Positions 37,579 to 47,599 of a stretch of 64,000 nucleotides of DNA are shown piece after piece. The first letter of the stretch is position 1, and every line of letters starts with the position of its first letter. Where the stretch lies: positions 1-64,000 of the forward strand of contig CAVQRZ010000043.1 of NCBI GenBank assembly GCA_963715335.1, given 5' to 3'. A program made the translations under genes and the position numbers. Origin of the DNA: an uncultured delta proteobacterium (GTDB lineage: Bacteria > Desulfobacterota > Desulfuromonadia > Desulfuromonadales > BM103). The notes below the pieces were generated by a model that did no database searches, was not told the DNA's origin, and was given only the letters and a program-made list of their open reading frames with translations.

Positions 37579-40236
37579 CTATTTCAAAGCCTGGATCTTC
37601 CTCAGGCTTTCCTGCAACAGCGACAACTTCTCCTTGGCATCTTTGAGCTTGCCACGATCCTTCTCAAGGACTTGTGGCGGGGCGTTAGCAACGAATTTCT
37701 CATTTGACAACTTCCTGGTAAAGAGATCGACGTCTATCTGGACTTTGGCGATCTCCTTCTGCAGGCGCTTTTCCTCTTCGGCAACATCCACGAGACCGGC
37801 CAGCGGCAAAGAGATTTCCACATCACCGGCAACCTGGGTAGCAGATTGCTCCGGCGGAGTGAGGTTCTGACCAATGGTCAGCTCGCCGACCTTGCCAAGC
37901 ACGCGGATGGCAGCGCTGCCCTCTTCGAGAATCTCCCTTGAGCGGTCGCTTTTACAGTTGAGCAAAGCCGTCACCTGTCTGCCGGGGGGGACATCCATCT
38001 CACCACGGATGTTCCGGATTGCCCGGATGACCTCCATGACCAACTCCATCCGTTCAGCGCCGGCGGTATCTGTCGGCAACCCGGCTCCGTTCGGAAATTC
38101 CGCCTGCATGATCGTCACGCAGGGGCGCTCACCAGGCAGAACCTGCCAGATTTCTTCGGTAATAAAAGGGATGAACGGGTGCAACAGGCGCAGCAGTTGC
38201 TCGAGCACGCTGAACAGAACGCTCTGCACCCTGAGCCTGGCCCGAGGATCATCTCCATAGAGATCATCCTTGGCCATTTCGATGTACCAGTCACAGAAAT
38301 TGTGCCAGGTAAAGGCATAGAGCGTGCTGGCTGCTTCGTTGAATTTGTAACCGTCGAGAGCCTGGCCGGTCTGACGGATGGTTTCTTCCAGGCGAGTCAG
38401 AATCCAGCGATCAGCATCGGACAGGTCAAGTTCGTTCAGGTCGATTCCGGACGGATCGAAATCTTCGAGATTCATCAGGGCGAAACGGCTGGCATTCCAG
38501 AGCTTGTTACAGAAATTCCGGTAACCGGCGATTCTCTCAGTGGAAAGTTTGATGTCACGGCCCATGGCTGCGAACGAGGTTAGCGTGAAGCGGAAGGCAT
38601 CCGCGCCGTACTCATCGATAACATGCAGCGGGTCGATCACGTTGCCTTTGCTCTTGCTCATCTTCTGACCCTGGGCATCGCGCACCAGGGCGTGGATATA
38701 GACGTCCCTGAAGGGCACGTCCTGCATAAACCTGATCCCCATCATCAGCATGCGCGCCACCCAGAAGAACAGGATGTCGAAGCCGGTGACCAGGCAGGAT
38801 GTCGGGTAAAACTTCGTTAGCGTGTCGGTCCGGTCAGGCCAACCCATGGTCGAGAAAGGCCAGAGAGCCGAGGAGAACCAGGTGTCGAGGACATCGGTGT
38901 CCTGACGGATGTCTGCGCTGCCGCAGTAAGCACAAACCGTGGCATCCGTACGGCAGACCGTCAATTCGGCGCAATCCTCGCAGTACCAAACCGGAATCCG
39001 GTGCCCCCACCAAATCTGGCGGCTGATACACCAGTCCTGGAGGTTGAACATCCACTCGAAATAGGTCTTTTCCCACTGCTGAGGGACAATCCGGGTATCA
39101 CCCTGCTGCACAGCCTTGATCGCCTCCTCAGCAAGGGGGCCGACCTTGACGTACCATTGCAGGGAGAGATAAGGCTCGATCACGGTCCTGCAACGGTAAC
39201 ATTCGCCGACAGCGTTTTCGTAGTTGTCGATTTTCTCCAGCAGGCCCTGATTCTCCAGGTCGGCAACGACGTTGGCGCGGGCCTCGTAGCGCTCCTGGCC
39301 CTGGTAAGGTCCGCCATTTTCGTTAACAATGCCTGACTCGTCGAAGATATTGATCTCCTCCAGGTTGTGTCGTTTTCCCAGTTCAAAGTCGTTGAAATCA
39401 TGGGCCGGGGTAATTTTCACCGCCCCGCTGCCGAAATCCTTGTCCACGTATTCATCGGCGACAATCGGAATTTCACGATTGACCAACGGCAAAAGCACCT
39501 TCCTGCCGACCAGGTCCCGGTAACGTTCATCCTCAGGGTGAACAGCAACAGCCGCATCACCGAGCATTGTTTCCGGGCGCGTGGTTGCCACAACCATAAA
39601 CCTATCGCTACCGATCACCGGGTAACGCAGGTGCCACAAGTGGCCTTGCTTGTCCTCATGTTCAACTTCCAGGTCCGACAAGGCGGTATGACAGCGCGGG
39701 CACCAGTTGATCAGGCGATTGGCGCGATAGATCAGGCCATCTTCGTAGAGACGGACAAAAACCTCCCTGACTGCCGTGGAGAGCCCTTCGTCCATGGTAA
39801 AACGTTCACGTTCCCAGTCACAGGAAGCACCGAGCCGTTTGAGCTGTTCGATGATCTTGCCGCCGGACTCTTCACGCCATTGCCAGACCCTTTCAATAAA
39901 GGGCCCGCGACCGATAGCATGCCGGTCTGTGCCCTCAGCGCCCAGCTGCTTTTCAACCACGTTCTGGGTCGCAATGCCGGCATGGTCGGTACCCGGCATC
40001 CAGAGGACTTCGCAGCCACACATGCGTTTCCAGCGACAGAGGATGTCCTGCAGGGTATTGTTGAGGGCATGCCCCATGTGCAGCACACCGGTAACATTAG
40101 GGGGCGGGATTACGATCGAGTAATGCGGCTTCTTAGAGTTTTCGTCGGCGCGGAAATAACCGCTGGCCTCCCATTCCTGATACCACCTGCGCTCGACATC
40201 ATGCGGCTCATAACCCTTGCTCAACTTCTTTTCCAT
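37579..40236 (-). CDS. valS: Valine-tRNA ligase
   Basis: PPPNVTG.LHMGHA, DWCISRQIWWGH, KMSKS. Confidence 0.98.
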   Translation of the reverse strand: MEKKLSKGYEPHDVERRWYQEWEASGYFRADENSKKPHYSIVIPPPNVTGVLHMGHALNNTLQDILCRWKRMCGCEVLWMPGTDHAGIATQNVVEKQLGAEGTDRHAIGRGPFIERVWQWREESGGKIIEQLKRLGASCDWERERFTMDEGLSTAVREVFVRLYEDGLIYRANRLINWCPRCHTALSDLEVEHEDKQGHLWHLRYPVIGSDRFMVVATTRPETMLGDAAVAVHPEDERYRDLVGRKVLLPLVNREIPIVADEYVDKDFGSGAVKITPAHDFNDFELGKRHNLEEINIFDESGIVNENGGPYQGQERYEARANVVADLENQGLLEKIDNYENAVGECYRCRTVIEPYLSLQWYVKVGPLAEEAIKAVQQGDTRIVPQQWEKTYFEWMFNLQDWCISRQIWWGHRIPVWYCEDCAELTVCRTDATVCAYCGSADIRQDTDVLDTWFSSALWPFSTMGWPDRTDTLTKFYPTSCLVTGFDILFFWVARMLMMGIRFMQDVPFRDVYIHALVRDAQGQKMSKSKGNVIDPLHVIDEYGADAFRFTLTSFAAMGRDIKLSTERIAGYRNFCNKLWNASRFALMNLEDFDPSGIDLNELDLSDADRWILTRLEETIRQTGQALDGYKFNEAASTLYAFTWHNFCDWYIEMAKDDLYGDDPRARLRVQSVLFSVLEQLLRLLHPFIPFITEEIWQVLPGERPCVTIMQAEFPNGAGLPTDTAGAERMELVMEVIRAIRNIRGEMDVPPGRQVTALLNCKSDRSREILEEGSAAIRVLGKVGELTIGQNLTPPEQSATQVAGDVEISLPLAGLVDVAEEEKRLQKEIAKVQIDVDLFTRKLSNEKFVANAPPQVLEKDRGKLKDAKEKLSLLQESLRKIQALK

Positions 40237-40282
40237 CGGTGTGGCATCCTTCCAATGTGACGTTGCGTGAATGTTACCCGAC

Positions 40283-40316
40283 AAAAGGAAATGGGGATTT
40301 TAGCAATCCCCATTTC
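40283..40316 (-). terminator. Intrinsic terminator after the romR-like gene
   Basis: GAAATGGGGATT-gctaa-AATCCCCATTTC-CTTTT. Confidence 0.7.
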
Positions 40317-40345
40317 ACTCGTCAATTATTGAGTCTGGCCTGTTG

Positions 40346-41494
40346 TCAGGCGGCAGCATCCTTGATCTTGCGAATCTCTTCTCGAATCAGGGTTTCCGCC
40401 AGGTCGGGGACCACCTCCCAGGCAACCCGCTCGAGGATCGATCCAGCCAGTTTTTCAACAACTTTGGTGACGACCTTTTCGATAACCTGTTCGATCTCGC
40501 TCTCGCTCAGGGCCGCAGCTGCAGCAGGGGCCGATGCGGTGACCGGCGCCTCGACAAAAGGCGCCTCCTCTGCAGCGAAGACGTCATTTTCAACGGCAGG
40601 CATCTGTTTTGTCGGGTCGACAAAACTCTCTTGTTCGGGGGAGGCATCACGGGACCAGGCCGCAAGCGTCTGCTCCTCAGGGACAGGTTCGAGATCTTCT
40701 GCACCGAGGATATCATCCTCACCGAGCGGCATGATCTCTTCTTCGGTCATGTCGAAGTCAGCCAGGTCGACCCCTTCGTCCGATGATGCAGTCTCACCTG
40801 TGGCGGCCTGGGCGTCTTCAGCAAAGCTGAAATCTTCCGCGAGCTCTGAACCAGGCTCTTCGACAACGGCATCAGATTCTTCAACTACAGGCGTGACGAC
40901 TTCAGCTTCTGCAGCAACATCGCTCCAGTCATTTGCCGCGGCAACTGGCTCAGGAGCAAAAACCTGGGTCTCATCATCAAAAGAGATATCGCCAAACACG
41001 TCATCAGGCTCTGCAGCAATATCACCAGCCGTAGTGAGAGGCTGGTCAAAATCAGCCAGGGGGGGCTTGTCCTCAACCACCGGGCCCGCCGCGGCGGCCG
41101 GCTGCGGCACAGGAGCTGCAGAAGGGGCAGGTTTCAGCAATCCTGCAACCTTGTCGATCAGGTTCTGTGATTCAAAGGGCTTCTCGATCCAGGCGTCCGC
41201 CTGGCAACTCCTGGCCTTCTCTTCATCAAAGGGCTCAAACGAGCCAGCCAAAAGCAGTACCGGGGTATTTTTTAGAGCAGGGTCCTGTTTGATGGCAGTG
41301 GTCAACTCATAACCATTCTTGCCCGGCATATAAACGTCCGCCATGACCAGATCAGGTTTGAGCTCCCGGGCCTTGGCCAGAGCAGCATCACCGTTATCGG
41401 TAATGGTCAGATCATAATCCTCATGTGCAAAGGTGATCTGAATGACTTTCTGAATCGTAATACTGTCGTCGGCCAACAGCAGTTTCTTGCTCAT
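40346..41494 (-). CDS. romR: RomR-like response regulator (receiver + acidic linker + conserved C-terminal helix)
   Basis: LLLADDSITIQKVI, LLLAGSFEPFD, KPFESQ.L.DKV; C-terminal ERVAWEVVPDLAETLIREEI; adjacent to valS. Confidence 0.85.
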   Translation of the reverse strand: MSKKLLLADDSITIQKVIQITFAHEDYDLTITDNGDAALAKARELKPDLVMADVYMPGKNGYELTTAIKQDPALKNTPVLLLAGSFEPFDEEKARSCQADAWIEKPFESQNLIDKVAGLLKPAPSAAPVPQPAAAAGPVVEDKPPLADFDQPLTTAGDIAAEPDDVFGDISFDDETQVFAPEPVAAANDWSDVAAEAEVVTPVVEESDAVVEEPGSELAEDFSFAEDAQAATGETASSDEGVDLADFDMTEEEIMPLGEDDILGAEDLEPVPEEQTLAAWSRDASPEQESFVDPTKQMPAVENDVFAAEEAPFVEAPVTASAPAAAAALSESEIEQVIEKVVTKVVEKLAGSILERVAWEVVPDLAETLIREEIRKIKDAAA

Positions 41495-41707
41495 GCCAAT
41501 CTCCTTATTCCTTCAGCCCGCATTGCGCAAACTTCTGATGCAGCATCTGGCAAATAGCCGTAAAGGCGCTAAAAAACTATCATATTGCTTTCTCAAGTGT
41601 CAAGCTTACATGATGGGACAGGGCATAAAGTCGCAAGGTTGCAAAGCTGCAAAGCGGGAAGGGTTATTCCTACCCGGTCTCATGACCCTGAAGCCATGCA
41701 GTTACGG

Positions 41708-42748
41708 TCAAATCGCCTTCCACGGCTGTGGGAAAAAAAGCTTCTGGTAGAGGTTCATGGCATAGCGGTCCGTCATACCTGCCAGGAAGTCCGCCACGAC
41801 GACCTCGGTTCCCTCTCCATGGGCCAGGTCGCCGCCGTAAAGTGACAACTTTTCAGGATCGGCGACGAAATATGCAAACAACTCCCTGAGCACCCGACCG
41901 GCCTTGCGGAATTCATCTTCAATGGCCCGCGCCCGATAGACATTGGCATGCAGCCAGTCCCGGAGTTCAGCCACCTGCTCAGCGATGGGAACAGAGAGCT
42001 GGATCGATTCACAGCCTGAGGCAAGGGTCGTTTCGATCAGGTCTGTGACCATGGTGTTCAGCCGCTGGGAGTTCTTGATCCCGAGGGCCGCCCGCAAATG
42101 CTGCGGCACATCATCAGAACTGATCAGTCCACCGCGGATCGCATCATCGAGGTCGTGATTGACATAGGCGATGACGTCAGAGAGGCGAACCAGCTGGCCC
42201 TCAAGGGTTACCGGGAGATCAGCCGGGTTCCGCCCCAACAGGGCTCCCCTGCCCTTGGAATGATGCAGTATCCCATCCAGGACCTCCCAGGAAAGGTTCA
42301 AGCCGGCGCCATTTTTCTCCAGTCGCTCAACGACCCTCAAGCTCTGGTTCACGTGGTGGAAGCCCCCCGGCAGGAGTTCAGCCAGGGCTCGTTCTCCGGC
42401 ATGGCCAAAGGGCGTGTGCCCCAGATCATGACCCAGGGCAATCGCCTCGGTAAGATCTTCATTCAGGCGTAACGCTCTGGCCATGGTTCTGGCGACCTGG
42501 CTTACCTCAAGGGTATGGGTCAAACGGGTGCGATAATGGTCACCCTCGGGGGAAAGAAAAACCTGGGTCTTGTATTTGAGCCTGCGAAAAGCCTTGCTGT
42601 GCAGAATTCTGTCCCGGTCAACCTGAAAAATCGTCCTGACCGGACAGGGTTCCTCGGCACTCCGCCGCCCTCTCGATGCACGACTATGACAGGCACGATC
42701 GCAGAGCATGTTTTTTTCAGCGGATTCAATGACCTCTCTTATAATCAT
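41708..42748 (-). CDS. dgt: dGTP triphosphohydrolase-like HD protein
   Basis: DRDRILHSKAFRRLKYKTQVF, RTRLTHTLEV, HDLGHTPFGH, AGMTD. Confidence 0.95.
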   Translation of the reverse strand: MIIREVIESAEKNMLCDRACHSRASRGRRSAEEPCPVRTIFQVDRDRILHSKAFRRLKYKTQVFLSPEGDHYRTRLTHTLEVSQVARTMARALRLNEDLTEAIALGHDLGHTPFGHAGERALAELLPGGFHHVNQSLRVVERLEKNGAGLNLSWEVLDGILHHSKGRGALLGRNPADLPVTLEGQLVRLSDVIAYVNHDLDDAIRGGLISSDDVPQHLRAALGIKNSQRLNTMVTDLIETTLASGCESIQLSVPIAEQVAELRDWLHANVYRARAIEDEFRKAGRVLRELFAYFVADPEKLSLYGGDLAHGEGTEVVVADFLAGMTDRYAMNLYQKLFFPQPWKAI

Positions 42749-42968
42749 TTATCATCTCCGATGAGAACTGTTATAAACACAGCAGAGCCTTTACAATGAA
42801 CAGTGAAACTACAATTATCATCTTGACAACACGTCTTGAAAACGGAACAGTTGATGTCACGATTAATATCATGTTCAGGCTTGATTATACATAAAATCGT
42901 TGTATTACTATAGTTGGCTTTCTCAAACAGCCCCGGAACATCACATTCACTAACAACTGGAGGAGAAC

Positions 42969-43403
42969 ATGGCAACAATTCTTGAAATGGCCGCAGATAT
43001 CGTCGCAGCACACGCATCAACAACAAACATGACCAAAGAGGAGCTCGTTGCTGAGCTGAATGATGTCTATAATGCTCTTAACAACCTCGAAAAAGGGGCC
43101 ATCAGTAATGACCAGGTTGAAGAAGAGCAGGGCCCCGCTGTCTCGCGTAAAAAAGCTTTCGGCAGAGACAAAATATACTGCATGATTTGTGGCAAAGGGT
43201 TCAAAACCCTGTCGCGCCATCTGAAAACATCCCACGAGATGTCCGCATCGGAGTACCGCAAGCAGTTCGATATCCCCCGCGCACAGTCGCTTGCAGCCAA
43301 AAACTATTCTGACCAACGCCGCCAGATGGCGATCGACCGCGGTCTCGGCGAGAAACTCGCCAAGGCCCGGGCGGCCCGCACTAAAAGCAAAACCAAAAAA
43401 TAG
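42969..43403 (+). CDS. MucR/Ros-family zinc-finger regulator
   Basis: AADIVAAH, PAVS, CMICGKGFKTLSRHLKTSH, EYR..F. Confidence 0.93.
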   Translation: MATILEMAADIVAAHASTTNMTKEELVAELNDVYNALNNLEKGAISNDQVEEEQGPAVSRKKAFGRDKIYCMICGKGFKTLSRHLKTSHEMSASEYRKQFDIPRAQSLAAKNYSDQRRQMAIDRGLGEKLAKARAARTKSKTKK

Positions 43404-43765
43404 CCCGCCCAAGAGTGTATCAGACAAAGGCCTGGAGAGCTGCCGGATTGTTCCGTTTGGCTCTCTGGGCCCGCCGCACACCCGTTCGACGGTGCCAGAC
43501 TGTCCGACAGCAAGCAGCGCAGTTCGAAGCAAGGCTCCTTCAACGGACGGCCGTGGCCAGTATGGCATCAGCGACCTCCAGCGCTTGGGCAGGTGAAGCC
43601 GTCAGCGACATGCCAACGGCAAATCATAACGACTGGTTGCGCAGGATAAAATTTTCCCCTTTGCTGAAACCGTCGAATACGTTAAATTGCAGGACATTTG
43701 CATTTGCAAGTAGGGATAAAATATTTCTGTCCGTTCACTAAGGTCTCGTCGTATAAGAACAGCCT

Positions 43766-44503
43766 ATGAAAAGTATCCTAGTCGCAGACAATCGTGCCGA
43801 ACTGCTCGCAACCCTAGAACCGATTTTAAAACATTGGGGCTACCGGGTCCTGTCGACACGCAGTGCTGATCAGGTTGCTACCTTCCTGCAAGAAAGCAAA
43901 CCCTGCATGCTGGTCCTCGGCGAAGGCGTACTGGCCAATCCGGACCTCGCCTTCGGCAAAAATATCATGGCAAGCATTGAGAATGGTGAGCTGCCCTGCG
44001 TTGCGCTCAGGCAGGACGGTGCTGAAAAAGTCGCCGTGACTCCGGACGAGACCATAGATGTCCCGCTCGAACTTTTCGGATTGTTCTCATTCATCCAGCG
44101 CAAGGTAGAAAAGCACCCGCGCCAGAACCTCCGGATCAAGGTGAGGCTGCCCGGCATGTACAGCATTGAAGAGGAGGACTTCATCCTCGCTGACGTATTG
44201 AGCCTCAGTATGCACGGGCTGTTTTTTAAAACCGCCACCAGGCTCAAGAAATGCGACCGGTTGACCGTTGTTTTCCCCCTGTTTGGGCAATGCGCGGAGA
44301 TTGAAGTCAAGTCAACCGTTCTGTACACGATCGAACCCGAGGCAAACAATAACTATTTCCAGGGTTTTGGCGTCGGCTTCGACGACATCCCCAAACAGGA
44401 CAGCGAGCAATTGCAGAAATTCATCAAGGAACGTTTCCTCAAAGAGGTGTCCTACCGCCAGGACGGGGTTGGTGAATTTGTCCAGGAGCGCCTCAAGAAT
44501 TGA
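43766..44503 (+). CDS. Receiver-like + PilZ-domain protein
   Basis: Degenerate REC N-terminus; RQNLR and SLSMHG PilZ motifs; GFGVGF. Confidence 0.85.
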   Translation: MKSILVADNRAELLATLEPILKHWGYRVLSTRSADQVATFLQESKPCMLVLGEGVLANPDLAFGKNIMASIENGELPCVALRQDGAEKVAVTPDETIDVPLELFGLFSFIQRKVEKHPRQNLRIKVRLPGMYSIEEEDFILADVLSLSMHGLFFKTATRLKKCDRLTVVFPLFGQCAEIEVKSTVLYTIEPEANNNYFQGFGVGFDDIPKQDSEQLQKFIKERFLKEVSYRQDGVGEFVQERLKN

Positions 44504-44512
44504 CGATACGCG

Positions 44513-45691
44513 TCAAACGAGCAATCCCGCGAAGCTCTCTCCGGCCACCACTCTGGGCACCTGGAATAAATCAGCCAACGTCGCAGCAATGTCAGCGAAT
44601 GACTGACGGTCTCCCAGGGCACGCCCTCTCTCCATAGTTTTTGACCAAAGCAATGCAGGAACATATTCGCGCGTGTGGTCGCTGCCTGGCGTGGTCGGGT
44701 CGCAGCCATGATCGGCACAGATCACCAGCAGGTCTTCAGATCGCATTGCGTTAAAAAGTTCCGGCAACCAGGCATCAAACTCCTCCAGTGCGCGACCGAA
44801 GCCGATAGCGTCTCTGCGGTGACCGTAAACCATGTCGAAATCGATCAGGTTTGCCATCAACAGCCCCCCGTCCATGACCGCAAGTGCGGCAACGATCTTC
44901 TTCATGCCATCATCATTGTCAATTGTTGTGACACTCCTAGCAATGCCACGTCCTGCAAACAGGTCGTCGATCTTACCCACGGCCGAGACCGTATAACCTG
45001 CTGAAGTCAGACATTCAAGGAGAGTCGTTTGCGGAGGTGGGGCGGGGAAATCCTTGCGTCGCGGAGTACGTCGGAAGCCGCTTTGGACATCCCCGATGAA
45101 AGGTCGGGCAATGACCCGGGCGATATCATATTCATCGGTCAGAACCTTGGCTGCCTGACATAAGTCATACAGCTTCTCCGGCGGCAGGACTGCCTCGTGT
45201 GCGGCTATCTGGAAGACGGAGTCGACGCTCGTGTAGAGAATCGGTCGGCCGGTCCTGATATGCTCCGCTCCGTACTCCCTGAGGATCGAGATGCCTCCAG
45301 CCGAGACATTCCCCAGCGGCCGTGCGCCGGAAATTTCGGTAAATCGTCTGATCAGCTCGGGAGGAAATCCTTGCGGGTAGGTCGCAAAGGGCTTGTCAAC
45401 CACGACACCGGCCAACTCCCAGTGGCCGATAATGCTGTCCTTGCCTGAGGATCTCTCGGCAAGGCGACCATAAACTCCGGCAGGAGCACTCACGGCTGGC
45501 ACTCCCGCGATCTCGGCGAGACAACCAAGGCCCAACTCCTGCATATGGGGTAAATTCAGCCCGCCGCAGGCCGATGCGACGTGCGGCAGGGTAGCGGCAT
45601 CCTCATCGCCATAATCCGGTGCATCCGGAAGGGCTTCCAGGCCGACACCGTCCAGAACGATCCAGATCACACGCCCACTTTTTCGCGTCAT
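44513..45691 (-). CDS. deoB: Phosphopentomutase
   Basis: IVLDGVG, GKDS..GHWE, YTS.DSVFQIAAHE, ADHGCDPT, HTRE. Confidence 0.96.
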   Translation of the reverse strand: MTRKSGRVIWIVLDGVGLEALPDAPDYGDEDAATLPHVASACGGLNLPHMQELGLGCLAEIAGVPAVSAPAGVYGRLAERSSGKDSIIGHWELAGVVVDKPFATYPQGFPPELIRRFTEISGARPLGNVSAGGISILREYGAEHIRTGRPILYTSVDSVFQIAAHEAVLPPEKLYDLCQAAKVLTDEYDIARVIARPFIGDVQSGFRRTPRRKDFPAPPPQTTLLECLTSAGYTVSAVGKIDDLFAGRGIARSVTTIDNDDGMKKIVAALAVMDGGLLMANLIDFDMVYGHRRDAIGFGRALEEFDAWLPELFNAMRSEDLLVICADHGCDPTTPGSDHTREYVPALLWSKTMERGRALGDRQSFADIAATLADLFQVPRVVAGESFAGLLV

Positions 45692-46356
45692 AGCAGACCC
45701 GCGTTGTGACGCCACTGTCGTACGATCTTTACCCCGGCACTGGTACCTATGCGACTCGCTCCTGCTGCCAGCATCAGCTCGCAAGCCGGCCAGTCACGGA
45801 TACCGCCCGCCGCTTTGACCCCGATTCTGCCGGCAACCACTTGATCAAGCAGACGAACATCTTCCAGGGTCGCACCCGTAGCGGCGAACCCGGTTGAGGT
45901 CTTGACGTAACCGGCGCCGCCTGCAACAACAATTTCAGCCAGTTTGCGTTTGACGGAAGCATCAAAAAGGCAGCACTCGATAATCACTTTAACCAGGCAA
46001 CCCTGGGTAACGGCAACGATCTTGCTGATCTCGTCGCGCACTGTCGTAAAATCCGCGCTGCGCGCGGCGCCAAGCTGGATAACCATATCAATTTCCCCGG
46101 CACCGGCGGCGATCGCCTGATCTGCTTCGAACACCTTCGCTGCCGTGGTTTGATAGCCCAGCGGAAAACCGATTACGGTGCAGACCGCAACTTCGGACCC
46201 GTAGAGAAGTTGACTGGCTTGTGATACGAAAACTGGCGGCACACAGACCGATGCGAACCCGTATTCAACCGCTTCCTCGCAGAGTTCGGCAATTTCAGCT
46301 TTGCTGGTGTCCGGTTTTAGCAAGGTATGATCGATAAGTTTTGCCGGAGAATCCAT
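45688..46356 (-). CDS. deoC: Deoxyribose-phosphate aldolase
   Basis: IDHTLLKP, EIDMV, VKTSTGF, VKAAGGIR. Confidence 0.97.
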   Translation of the reverse strand: MDSPAKLIDHTLLKPDTSKAEIAELCEEAVEYGFASVCVPPVFVSQASQLLYGSEVAVCTVIGFPLGYQTTAAKVFEADQAIAAGAGEIDMVIQLGAARSADFTTVRDEISKIVAVTQGCLVKVIIECCLFDASVKRKLAEIVVAGGAGYVKTSTGFAATGATLEDVRLLDQVVAGRIGVKAAGGIRDWPACELMLAAGASRIGTSAGVKIVRQWRHNAGLL

Positions 46357-46399
46357 AACCCGAATATCCGTTCAGCTTGCTCCGGTCCAATCCGGTTTA

Positions 46400-47599
46400 T
46401 CAGGTGCGGTAAGCTGCGTTGATCTTCACATACTCATAGGAAAGGTCAGAGGTGTAGTAATAGTCACTGCCATCACCCACGCCCAAATTGACCGTCACGG
46501 TAAACTCCGGCTTTTTCAACACCTCACTGGCTATTGCTTCCTGCTCCGGGCCAAGACCGAGCCCATTTTCAACCATTGCAACATCATCAAACCTGATGCT
46601 GATCCGATCAGGGTCAACCTCGACTCCCGCATAGCCGACTGCGGCAATGATCCGCCCCCAGTTAGCATCTTCGCCGAAGAAGGCTGTCTTGACCAGTTGC
46701 GATGTGGCAACGCTGCGGGCGGCAACCAGGGCGTCGGCATCACTACCCGCGCCTTCGATCTGGATCCGCACCAGCTTGGTGGCGCCCTCGCCATCGCGGG
46801 CAATCATTTTTGCCAGATCCAGCATGACTTCGCCAAGAACCCGCTCAAACTGCTCCAGTTCACTGGAGCCTTGTACGATCACGTCATTGCCCGCGGCACC
46901 GCTCGCCAGCAGCAGGGCCATATCATTGGTTGAGGTATCACGATCTACCGTAATGCGGTTGAATGAGGCATTGACCGATTTCTTCAGAGAACCTTCCAGA
47001 AGCCCGTCGGCCAGTTCGGCATCGGTCAGGATGAATGCCAGCATGGTCGCCATATCAGGATGAATCATACCGGCGCCTTTGGCCAAGCCAAGGATCCTGA
47101 TTTCAGCACCTTCGAGATGCATGGTCCGACCACTCATTTTGGGAAATGCGTCGGTTGTCATCATCGCTCTGGCAGCACCTTCAAACTGGTCGTTGCCCAG
47201 CATTCTGCACAGGGTTGCAACATGCCCGTCAAAACAGTGCATTGGCAAAGGCACGCCGATGACCCCCGTTGAAGCAACAGCAACGAATTCCGGAGCGATA
47301 TCCAGGGCCCCGGCGACCAGGTCACCGCAATATTTCGCATCCTGCAGTCCCTTTTCGCCGGTACATGCATTGGCGTTGCCGCTGTTGACGAGGATCGCCT
47401 GACAGAGGCCGTGACTTACCCTGGATTCGGTCAGTTTGACCGGCGCAGCGACGACCTTGTTGGTGGTAAAGACCCCGGCGCACTCAACCGGCTGATCGGC
47501 ACAGATCAATGCCATATCCAGCTTTCCGGACTTCTTGATCCCAGAACTGCAGGCTGCAGCCCGGAACCCCTTGGGAACAGCTAAGGTGGGTTCAGTCAT
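46400..47599 (-). CDS. argJ: Ornithine acetyltransferase
   Basis: NSGNANACTG, KGAGMIHPDMATML, DGEGATK. Confidence 0.97.
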   Translation of the reverse strand: MTEPTLAVPKGFRAAACSSGIKKSGKLDMALICADQPVECAGVFTTNKVVAAPVKLTESRVSHGLCQAILVNSGNANACTGEKGLQDAKYCGDLVAGALDIAPEFVAVASTGVIGVPLPMHCFDGHVATLCRMLGNDQFEGAARAMMTTDAFPKMSGRTMHLEGAEIRILGLAKGAGMIHPDMATMLAFILTDAELADGLLEGSLKKSVNASFNRITVDRDTSTNDMALLLASGAAGNDVIVQGSSELEQFERVLGEVMLDLAKMIARDGEGATKLVRIQIEGAGSDADALVAARSVATSQLVKTAFFGEDANWGRIIAAVGYAGVEVDPDRISIRFDDVAMVENGLGLGPEQEAIASEVLKKPEFTVTVNLGVGDGSDYYYTSDLSYEYVKINAAYRT

